In this document: positions 16,194-23,925 of the stretch, in pieces
How positions within the stretch are numbered: the stretch's first letter is position 1
How the letters are laid out: each line of letters starts with the position of its first letter
Assembly (NCBI RefSeq): GCF_018398935.1
Contig: NZ_CP074694.1
Span: forward strand, 3,390,001-3,422,000
Length of the DNA stretch: 32,000 bases
Direction: 5' to 3'
DNA from: Telmatocola sphagniphila
GTDB taxonomy: Bacteria > Planctomycetota > Planctomycetia > Gemmatales > Gemmataceae
Position numbers and translations under genes: made by a program
Notes under the pieces: generated by a model
The model's database searches: none
Seen by the model: the letters and a program-made list of their open reading frames with translations, nothing else
What the model was told of the DNA's origin: nothing

Positions 16194-18962
16194 ATGATTG
16201 CCGCACTGCTGCTCTTGCTCCATTTTAACATCGCTGAAAAACCGTCCCTAAAAGTACCCGCCGGGTTCCAAGTCGAACAATTTTCAGACAACATCCAGGC
16301 AAACGACATTTACCACATGACTCTCGATCCCAGAGGTCGTGTCGTCGTGACATCGCGCGGGTATGTGAAACGTCTGGAAGATACCCATGGAACCGGGCAT
16401 TGCGACAAAGTCACTCTGTTAATGGAAACTAAGACCGGTGGTATGGGCATGCTCTTTGCCGACGGCTATTTTTACTTCACCGGAGATGGTTGGGTCACGC
16501 GTTACAAGTACGATGGTGAGAAAATCGATCTCACTTCCGCCAAGAAACTCTTGCCTACCAAATTTACGGAACATGGCGGGCACAATCTTCGCAAAGCGGC
16601 CGATGGTAGCATCTACCTCATCGGCGGTAACGATAATGAGTTTCCCGATCTGAGCTCTCAATTCATCCACCCGCTCTCCCCAATCACCAAGATGGAAGGC
16701 GGCGGAATTCTAAAGCTCGATCCCAAAACGGACCGCTGGTTCATCGTCGCGCACGGCTTCCGCAACCCGTATGATTTCGACTTCACGAGTGAAGGTGAAA
16801 TCATTACCTGGGACAGTGATACGGAACGCGATTACCTGCTGCCCTGGTATATTCCTACTCGTCTTTTCCAAGTCCAACAAAATCAACACCACGGCTGGCG
16901 ACTCCCCGGTTATCAGAATGCACTCGCTCGGCGAAATTATTACCCGGATGTCGTGCCGATCATGCTGGATATGGGACGGTCTTCTCCTACAGGCGTCTAT
17001 CGCTATCGGGGAAAGCAATTCTCGGGTTCGGGCTACGAGAACGGCTTTTTCGTAGCCGATTGGACCTTCGGGAAAATTTACTTCGTCAAGCTTTCCGGCT
17101 CGCCCAAAGGTTACACAGCGGAGGCAAAACTATTCGCCGAATCGGTTGGGGAAGCTGGCTTCGCTCCAACCGCTATTGTGGAAGAACCCGATGGATCAAT
17201 CCTGGTTTCCAGCGGCGGGCGCGGCACCCGAGGAGTAATCTATCGCATCCGCTACACCGACAAATCGGCTAAACCCGCGGAGTGGAATTCACCAGTTAGT
17301 AGTAAGGAATTCGAGAGCCGTCGAATGCGACTCGAAGCGATCAACCAGTGGAAAAAACTGGCGACTCCCGAGTTGAGGAAACTGCTTTCCGTAAACGATC
17401 CCGATCCGGTAGTTTGGTCGCAACAGGCCTTTGCCGCATTGATGGAAGAACGGACAGTGCTGTTCCCTCTAATTCGCGATCGGCTAAAATTACTTCCCCA
17501 GGCGATGGATCAACTGCGTGCCATCATGCTACTGGGCAAGGATTGGAATATTCTCGGCCCGTGCCCGGAAGGAGAAGTTTTTCGGGGCTTCGAATTGACC
17601 ACACCTATCCAGAGTCCACGGGATCTTCTCACACTCACCCGACCGATTCTTAAAAATGCGGATCCGCTGCTTCGACTGGAGGCCGCTCGAGTTCTGGCCA
17701 TGCTGGAGGAGGACGATCCCTCGACACTGGCCGCCCTTTGCAGTTTCCTAAGTCTTCAAAGTGACCCGGTAGACGATGTGCATTACCTGATCTGTATAGC
17801 CCGTATGAAGGCCCCTATCAATGCTTCCCAGACGGAGACGATTGCTCACGTAATGATGGCGCTGGACAAGAAATTCTCCGGCAAGCAACTGGGAATCAAA
17901 CAGAACTTCTCGGCTCGACTTGGGGAATTGATCGCTCAGTTGGTCCTTCGGCAGCCGCAAATAGCGGAATCCCTTTTGAAGCAGAAGGAATTTTTCGAGC
18001 CGGCTCAGATCGGCTATGCGATCAAATTTCCGGCCGATAGCCGCCAAAAGGCCGCACGGGAATTTGCGAAACTCGTCGCTGCCAATCAACTGGGATCCAA
18101 ACCCGTCGAACTGATCGATTTGTTTGCGGATTTATCCGAAAATGAACTGCGTCCTTTGCTACCGACACTTTGGAAAGAATTCGCCCTTCGGGATGGTTTG
18201 GTCAAGCTGCTCACCAAGTTTCCGCGAGAAGCAGATCGTCCTTACTTTCTGACCGGGTTGGATTCGACCAATTCTTCGACCGTTCATTCCGCCGTAGTGG
18301 CGTTGTCTCAGTTGAAGGCTGAGCCGAAAGAAACGGAACTCATTTCGCTTTTTAAGGCTATTCGCGATTTGGGGGATACCAAGAAAGCCGAAAATGATTT
18401 AAAAAAATCGTTAGATTTGTGGGAAAAGTGGACCGGGCAGAAAGCGATGAATTCCCAGGAAGCGGAAAAATGGCTTCTGGCAAAATACCCCACCGCTAAT
18501 TTGGGCACCGATGAAGACGACCCGAACTTCTGGCGGGAAATTTACCCCAAAGTGAATTGGGACTCGGGCGATCCTCTGCGTGGGGCGAAATTATTCGAAA
18601 CTCGTGGTTGTGCCACCTGCCATCAGGGAACCAGCCGGATGGGGCCTGATCTGGCGGGAGTGATGAAGCGTTTCTCCAAGAAAGATCTGTTCACCGCAAT
18701 CCTTCAACCGAGCAAAGATGTGGCTCCCCAGTATCGCGTGCAAGAAATTGAAACCGAAGATGGGCGAAGAATTACAGGCATTCTGATCTTCGAGTCCGCC
18801 GAGGGGCTGATCGTGCAATCGGATGCCACAACGACGATTCGCATTGCCGGGAATAATATCGCTTCCCGAAAGACGAGCAAGAAATCTCTGATGCCCGCCG
18901 GTCTTCTGAAGGACTTAAAACCAGATGAGATCGCCGATCTTTTCGCCTGGTTGAAAAAATGA
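16194..18962 (+). CDS. PVC-type heme-binding protein: signal peptide, beta-propeller dehydrogenase-like domain, HEAT-like repeats, C-terminal cytochrome c (CxxCH) domain
   Basis: The start is ATG 16194 (GAGAGG upstream), giving MIAALLLLLHFNIAEKPSLKVPAGFQVEQF. This is the typical opening of the 'membrane-bound dehydrogenase domain' family (TIGR02604-like). The C-terminus GAKLFETRGCATCHQGTSRMGPDLAGV...SLMPAGLL...ADLFAWL is the Pirellula/Verrucomicrobium-type heme-binding domain (TIGR02603-like). The track ORF start (15924) overlaps the pspC-like gene on the other strand. Confidence 0.8.
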   Translation: MIAALLLLLHFNIAEKPSLKVPAGFQVEQFSDNIQANDIYHMTLDPRGRVVVTSRGYVKRLEDTHGTGHCDKVTLLMETKTGGMGMLFADGYFYFTGDGWVTRYKYDGEKIDLTSAKKLLPTKFTEHGGHNLRKAADGSIYLIGGNDNEFPDLSSQFIHPLSPITKMEGGGILKLDPKTDRWFIVAHGFRNPYDFDFTSEGEIITWDSDTERDYLLPWYIPTRLFQVQQNQHHGWRLPGYQNALARRNYYPDVVPIMLDMGRSSPTGVYRYRGKQFSGSGYENGFFVADWTFGKIYFVKLSGSPKGYTAEAKLFAESVGEAGFAPTAIVEEPDGSILVSSGGRGTRGVIYRIRYTDKSAKPAEWNSPVSSKEFESRRMRLEAINQWKKLATPELRKLLSVNDPDPVVWSQQAFAALMEERTVLFPLIRDRLKLLPQAMDQLRAIMLLGKDWNILGPCPEGEVFRGFELTTPIQSPRDLLTLTRPILKNADPLLRLEAARVLAMLEEDDPSTLAALCSFLSLQSDPVDDVHYLICIARMKAPINASQTETIAHVMMALDKKFSGKQLGIKQNFSARLGELIAQLVLRQPQIAESLLKQKEFFEPAQIGYAIKFPADSRQKAAREFAKLVAANQLGSKPVELIDLFADLSENELRPLLPTLWKEFALRDGLVKLLTKFPREADRPYFLTGLDSTNSSTVHSAVVALSQLKAEPKETELISLFKAIRDLGDTKKAENDLKKSLDLWEKWTGQKAMNSQEAEKWLLAKYPTANLGTDEDDPNFWREIYPKVNWDSGDPLRGAKLFETRGCATCHQGTSRMGPDLAGVMKRFSKKDLFTAILQPSKDVAPQYRVQEIETEDGRRITGILIFESAEGLIVQSDATTTIRIAGNNIASRKTSKKSLMPAGLLKDLKPDEIADLFAWLKK

Positions 18963-19234
18963 GAATCTTCAAAATTTCCGCCTTCGGAAAGGTAACGAGG
19001 CTCTCAATCGTCTAGTAATTCAATGAGGAAATGGATGGCTGAGGCCTTCAATGCGAAAGTTGCATTCTTTTCCCGAGTTTCACACAACCGATTTAAGAGG
19101 AATTTTGTTTCGGATTTTTCTGCAAGATTACGTATCTTCTCCAGTAATCTCCGATAATATTAAATCTGTAGAGATCGAGTGCTGATTCAACCCTCCCGAC
19201 GCGAATCGCTGTTATCCTTCCGAAAGGGTTCCCT

Positions 19235-21040
19235 GTGTCCATGGCTCTGGAAACTGCCCCTGAAGCGTCGATTGCTGATTCAAAGCCCAAAAAAGCAAAC
19301 TCTGCCTTTCTCAAAGTCGTACCGGAAACGCGCGAGCTGCGCGACCGTATTCGAATGGCTGCACTCGAATACGTAAAGACCGTCGACAAATCGAAGCCGC
19401 TGAATAAACAGGAAGGTCAGCGGATGGCCGAGGAGCTGTTGACACAGCTCCAGCTCGGCTTTCAGTACACCGGATTTACACTCGTCTCCATCGCCAATGA
19501 ATTCTGGCGGGAGCAGGTCGCGGCCATTCCCTTCAACCGCCGGTTGCTTTTGCTGCCGCATTGCTTGAAGAATGCCGAAGGGTGCCCAGCCGATTACGAT
19601 GAATTCGGCTTGGATTGCGAAAAATGCGGTCAATGCAGCGTTGCCGACTTCAAGGGACGAGCCGAGGAACTGGGTTATAAGGTCCTGGTTTCGGAAGGTA
19701 CCCCGATCGTATTGAAGATCATTGTTTCCGGCCATGTCGATGCGATTGTCGGCGTCGCATGTCTTAACGTCCTCGAAAAAGCCTTCGATAAGATACTACT
19801 CGCGGGCATTCCCTGCATTGCCACCCCGTTACTCTCTTCGAACTGCAAGTCGACCAGTGTGGATAATGACTGGGTGGCCCAGATGATCGAATTGCAGACT
19901 GCGGGCACGGAACAGAAAACCAAAACCTATGTCCCCTTGATGCGGGCGGCGAACGATATCTTCGACAAAGAGTTAGAGCACCTGGCTCCGCGACCCCGCA
20001 AGCTGCAAAAAAGCACACAGCCTATCGAAAGCGATCCGCTGGCTTACCACGAGCAGATTGCCTACGACTTTCTTGCTCGCGGCGGCAAGCGCTCCCGGCC
20101 GTTTATCACCTTGGCCGCATACGATGCTCTCACTGGTGGGAAAACCACCACCGATACCAACTATGCCCTGTCCGACAGCGTAAAACGCACTGCTTTGGCC
20201 ATTGAGACTTTCCATAAAGCTTCTCTGGTTCACGACGACATCGAAGATGACGATGCCTATCGTTACGGTCACGAAACGTTGCATCGTACCCACGGCGTCG
20301 GAACGGCCATCAACGTCGGAGACTACCTGATCGGACTAGGTTATCGACTGGTGAGTCGGGAGCGAAAAGTTCTCGGGGCCGAAGTGGCGGCCGACATTCT
20401 GGATCGACTGGCCGATGCGCACATGAAGCTTTCGGAAGGTCAGGGTGCTGAGCTGCTCTGGCGCGATTCCACACACAAAAATATCACGCCTCTGGAAGCT
20501 TTGAAGATCTATGCCTTGAAGACGTCGCCCGCCTTCGAGGCCGCTTTGTATGCCGGCGTCCGGCTGGCAGAAAATTCGGACACCTACGATAAAATGATCT
20601 TGGATTTCAGTAGAAATCTGGGCGTTGCCTTCCAGATTTTGAACGACCTCAAGGATTGGACCGGCGACGACAATAATAAGTTGCTCAGCGGCCAGGATAT
20701 TCTCGCGGCCCGGCCAACCTTACTGCTGGCACTGGCCCTTGAAGGGCTGCAACCCTCGGAAAAAGAAGAATTGGCCGGAATTCTCAACCGCACGGATAAA
20801 CGAAGCGAATCGGAAATCGTCAATCGCGTGCGCGTTCTGTATCAGCGGGCGAAAGTCTTCGCAAAGGCCGATCAGATGGTGGAAAAATATCGGGCTCGGG
20901 CGGAAGCCATCGCCGATGAAGTGAATCCGCCGGAATTTCGGGCCCTGCTCTATTACCTGGTTGATACAGTTCTCGAACGAGAAACCCTGCCGGATAGCGA
21001 ACCCAAAGAATTTATGGTCCAATTGGGATTGGCTAGCTAA
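19235..21040 (+). CDS. Fusion protein: N-terminal Cys-rich DUF116-like domain + C-terminal trans-polyprenyl diphosphate synthase domain
   Basis: 601-aa ORF (GTG 19235 or ATG 19241). The N-terminal half reads RRLLLLPHCLKNAEGCPADYDEFGLDCEKCGQCSV...GVACLNV...GIPCIATPLLSSNC, with about 7-8 Cys as recalled for DUF116. The C-terminal half has the first Asp-rich motif LVHDDIEDDDAYRYG. The second motif reads FQILNDLKD instead of FQxxDDxxD. Confidence 0.8.
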   Translation: MSMALETAPEASIADSKPKKANSAFLKVVPETRELRDRIRMAALEYVKTVDKSKPLNKQEGQRMAEELLTQLQLGFQYTGFTLVSIANEFWREQVAAIPFNRRLLLLPHCLKNAEGCPADYDEFGLDCEKCGQCSVADFKGRAEELGYKVLVSEGTPIVLKIIVSGHVDAIVGVACLNVLEKAFDKILLAGIPCIATPLLSSNCKSTSVDNDWVAQMIELQTAGTEQKTKTYVPLMRAANDIFDKELEHLAPRPRKLQKSTQPIESDPLAYHEQIAYDFLARGGKRSRPFITLAAYDALTGGKTTTDTNYALSDSVKRTALAIETFHKASLVHDDIEDDDAYRYGHETLHRTHGVGTAINVGDYLIGLGYRLVSRERKVLGAEVAADILDRLADAHMKLSEGQGAELLWRDSTHKNITPLEALKIYALKTSPAFEAALYAGVRLAENSDTYDKMILDFSRNLGVAFQILNDLKDWTGDDNNKLLSGQDILAARPTLLLALALEGLQPSEKEELAGILNRTDKRSESEIVNRVRVLYQRAKVFAKADQMVEKYRARAEAIADEVNPPEFRALLYYLVDTVLERETLPDSEPKEFMVQLGLAS

Positions 21041-21143
21041 TATTTCCGGACGAAGTGATAGATCCCTCCTGTAAGCGGGTATTAGCTGATGTCGGCTAGT
21101 AGTCCGTCCGAGTGTTTTTCGCCCACTCCGGAGAGGTACGTTT

Positions 21144-21671
21144 ATGCTGTTGCCTCTTGTTGTCGTCGATACCCGCCTGGGCCCACTTGACTTTACCGAC
21201 GCCCGCATGGTACCGACCGAAGAGGTGCCGGAACCGTTCAATCGCCTTCTGGTTCACACTTTTCATATGACCGTCACCGTGGAAGAGTTCTATGGCGAAG
21301 CGGTGAATGTCCAGGTAGTTTCTTCCCAGAGCGAAGGAGACTTGTATCTTCGCAAAATCCTACTGACACTCAGTAAGTCGAAACGAGTGATCCAGTTCGG
21401 CCTGGTTCGAATCGATCTTACTTGCCTCGACCCGGCCGTTCGCGATGCCATTCTGGAAGAGAAAACCCCTCTGGGAAGGGTCTTGATAGAGCATAATGTC
21501 CTGCGTCGCGTCCAACCGACGGCTTTTGTTACGGTTCGCCCTAAAGAGACCATGAAAAAATGGTTCGGAATGTCCGAAGCCACTCCCTTGCACGGCCGCA
21601 CCGGGGTAATCTTCTGCAATGACCGTCCAGCCATTGCCGTCATGGAAATCCTAGCGCCTGTTCATCACTAA
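21144..21671 (+). CDS. Chorismate pyruvate-lyase (UbiC)/DUF98-like protein
   Basis: 175-aa ORF with GGAGAGG 7 nt upstream. Block-wise resemblance to E. coli UbiC as recalled from memory: LLVHTFHMTVTVEEF vs LLLEDSMTKRFEQ; LYLRKILL vs YWLREILL; EKTPLGRVL vs GKTPLGRYL; GRTGVIFCNDRPAIAVMEILAP vs [21 protein letters not shown]. Confidence 0.55.
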   Translation: MLLPLVVVDTRLGPLDFTDARMVPTEEVPEPFNRLLVHTFHMTVTVEEFYGEAVNVQVVSSQSEGDLYLRKILLTLSKSKRVIQFGLVRIDLTCLDPAVRDAILEEKTPLGRVLIEHNVLRRVQPTAFVTVRPKETMKKWFGMSEATPLHGRTGVIFCNDRPAIAVMEILAPVHH

Positions 21672-21782
21672 GCCTCGAATCGCATTTCAAATATTCTCGC
21701 TTCCTAATTCGCAATCTCAATAAGGCCTTTCTCGGGCGAGCGGAATTCAGTATTGTATGTTCATACACCACAGGATCCGGTT

Positions 21783-23048
21783 ATGAACGAACCCGAAATC
21801 AAGTGCCCCAACTGCAATAATTCTTTTAAGCTGAATGAGTCTTTAGCAGCTCCATTGGTCGAATCGACGCGGTTGAAATACGAGCAGGAGCGTCAGAAAA
21901 GAGAAAAGGAGTACCAGGTCAAAGAGGAGAGGCTCCGTAAAGAGCGAGATGAGTTACTTAAGCTCCAATCGGGCATTGATGACGAAGTCGCGGAACGGCT
22001 GAAAAAAGAGAAGACTCGCATTTCGGAAGAAGAAGCCAAAAGACTCAAGCGACTTTTCGAGGACGACTTGGAGAAGAAAAATAAAGCTCTGAAAGATATC
22101 GAGGAATTGCTGAACGATCGTGAGAAGAAGCTCAAAGAAGCGCAGAAAGAACAAGCCGAAGTACTTCGACTGAAGAGAGAACTGGCCGACGAAAAAACGG
22201 CCATGGAACTTACGATCCAAAAAAAGATTAACGAGTCGCTATCCGAAGCGCGGGCACTTGCGAAGAAGGAAGCGATTGATGAGATCCATCTGAAAGTCCG
22301 GGAAAAGGATCTCTTGATTGCTCAGATGCAGGAGCAGATCGTGGCTCTGCAGCAGAAAGCCGAGCAGGGTTCACAGCAGCTTCAAGGCGAAGTGCTGGAA
22401 CTGGAGATGGAAGCCGAACTCCGTAGCAAGTTCCCGATGGATACGATTACGGAAGTCAAAAAAGGGGTCGCCGGCGCAGATATCCTGCAAACCGTCAACG
22501 GACAGCTTGGAAGCCCCTGTGGTTCGATTCTCTGGGAAACGAAACGAACCAAAGTCTGGCAGAATAACTGGCTGCCCAAACTGCGAGATGACCAGCGGGA
22601 GGCGAAAGCGGATCTGACCATTTTGGTTTCGCAGGTTCTCCCCAAAGGTACTGAACACTTCGAACTGATCGATGGCGTCTGGGTCACCAGCTTTCGCTCG
22701 GCGTTCCCCGTGGCGATGGCTTTGAGGCAATTCCTGATGGAACTGTCGAACGCCCGCCAGGCCGGACAGGGGCAGCAAACCAAAATGCATCTGGCCTACC
22801 AATATCTGGTGGGGCCCGGCTTTAGACAGAGAATACAGGCAATTGTGGAAAAATTCAGCGACCTGCAAAAGGACCTGCAATCAGAGAAGGTCTACATGAA
22901 TAAACAGTGGGCCAAGCGCGAGAAGCAGTTGCAGACCGTCCTGGAATCGACTGCCGGGCTATTCGGAGATTTTCAGGGCATACTTGGAAAGTCGCTGCAG
23001 GAGATCGAAGGTCTGGATGCTCCCATGCTGGAATTCTCCGAAAAGTGA
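21783..23048 (+). CDS. DUF2130-family protein: N-terminal zinc ribbon, long coiled coil, C-terminal PD-(D/E)xK-like domain
   Basis: MNEPEIKCPNCNNSFKLNESLAAPL..., then about 190 aa of E/K/L-rich heptad-like sequence, then GADILQTV...GSILWETKRTKVWQNNWLPKLRDDQREAKADLTILVSQVLPKG. The D...E-x-K arrangement fits the DUF2130 pattern as I recall it. I prefer ATG 21783 to the track start 21753. Confidence 0.7.
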   Translation: MNEPEIKCPNCNNSFKLNESLAAPLVESTRLKYEQERQKREKEYQVKEERLRKERDELLKLQSGIDDEVAERLKKEKTRISEEEAKRLKRLFEDDLEKKNKALKDIEELLNDREKKLKEAQKEQAEVLRLKRELADEKTAMELTIQKKINESLSEARALAKKEAIDEIHLKVREKDLLIAQMQEQIVALQQKAEQGSQQLQGEVLELEMEAELRSKFPMDTITEVKKGVAGADILQTVNGQLGSPCGSILWETKRTKVWQNNWLPKLRDDQREAKADLTILVSQVLPKGTEHFELIDGVWVTSFRSAFPVAMALRQFLMELSNARQAGQGQQTKMHLAYQYLVGPGFRQRIQAIVEKFSDLQKDLQSEKVYMNKQWAKREKQLQTVLESTAGLFGDFQGILGKSLQEIEGLDAPMLEFSEK

Positions 23049-23160
23049 GAGTTGCGATTTCACCGAATCTTCGCCAAAAAATTGAGCATTCTTCGCACAA
23101 GTATATGTCAGTGCTAGCATTGAATTTTTTACACTCGATATTTCGTCATTTTTCTTAAAG

Positions 23161-23192
23161 TTCGTTCCGATAAAGCTTTAAGTCGGAACGAA
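23161..23192. promoter_or_regulatory. 32-bp near-perfect palindrome (10-bp perfect arms TTCGTTCCGA / TCGGAACGAA around an AAGCTT-centred spacer)
   Basis: Read directly. It lies 113 nt downstream of the DUF2130 gene stop and 156 nt upstream of the next ATG. There is no clear T-run, so it could be either a terminator or a protein-binding site. Confidence 0.3.
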
Positions 23193-23347
23193 TTCAGTTT
23201 CGCGGTTTCCCTTCGCTTTAACCGGCATTCTCTTTGCGTTTAATTTGAGTCCAGTTAAGCAGGAAACCGTATCTCGTTCCAATCTCAGTCAATTTCCTTT
23301 TATTACGGTTTCCTCTATTCCCTTTTTGGGATGAAGGGGGTTTCCCA

Positions 23348-23905
23348 ATGTCCGTCTCCGAACTCTTTTTTGCAGCCGCTTTAATGCTGGCTCCACCGGA
23401 AGCACCGATTCCGCCGATCTCCTCGGAAGAATGGCCCGATCTCCAGATTCAACTGTGTCAGTTGGGGGTCGAACTTCAGATTCTCGATAAACGAGAAGCC
23501 GATTTCCTACTTGTGAAACGGGAAGATCTGGCGACTGATTTAAAATTATTGCGTCAGCGCTATGCCGATTTGAAGGATTCCCCCAAAGTAGAGGATTTGA
23601 ATCGCTTCCCCAATCGGGAAGAAGTGAATGCCATGCTGAGTTTCAACCGCAATTACCGGGGGAAAATGGAGGCTCGCATGATATCCGAGCCTCACAAGGC
23701 CGATTACTATCGGGGAGTAATCAAAGAGACTGACGAACTCTACCAGCTTTGGGATTCGGTACGTGAAGTTCGATCAGACTTCTATTACGTGAGCGTTCGC
23801 CGTCAGTCATTGTCTAAGCTCAAGGAACGGGCCGGAGTGGCCGCTTTCATAACCGGCCAACTGCCCCCCTGCGTTCCGACCTGGCGATTCCAGGAAGTAA
23901 AATAG
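23348..23905 (+). CDS. Hypothetical protein with a hydrophobic N-terminus (possible signal/anchor); no recognisable domain
   Basis: 185-aa ORF with GAAGGGGG 8 nt upstream of the ATG. Starts MSVSELFFAAALMLAPPEAP, followed by a helical, charged sequence. I recognise no family. Confidence 0.5.
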   Translation: MSVSELFFAAALMLAPPEAPIPPISSEEWPDLQIQLCQLGVELQILDKREADFLLVKREDLATDLKLLRQRYADLKDSPKVEDLNRFPNREEVNAMLSFNRNYRGKMEARMISEPHKADYYRGVIKETDELYQLWDSVREVRSDFYYVSVRRQSLSKLKERAGVAAFITGQLPPCVPTWRFQEVK

Positions 23906-23925
23906 CCTGCGCCTGGGTCGCGGTT

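Noticed and set aside
18975-18990. Hairpin TTTCCG-CCTT-CGGAAA after the heme-protein gene, considered as a terminator
   Set aside because: The stem is only 6 bp. The T-run lies on the wrong side for plus-strand termination (an A-run precedes it), and no minus-strand gene needs it. It is too weak to call.
19093-19389. 98-aa minus-strand ORF
   Set aside because: It overlaps the start of the DUF116::polyprenyl synthase gene, has no ribosome-binding site and no recognisable motifs.
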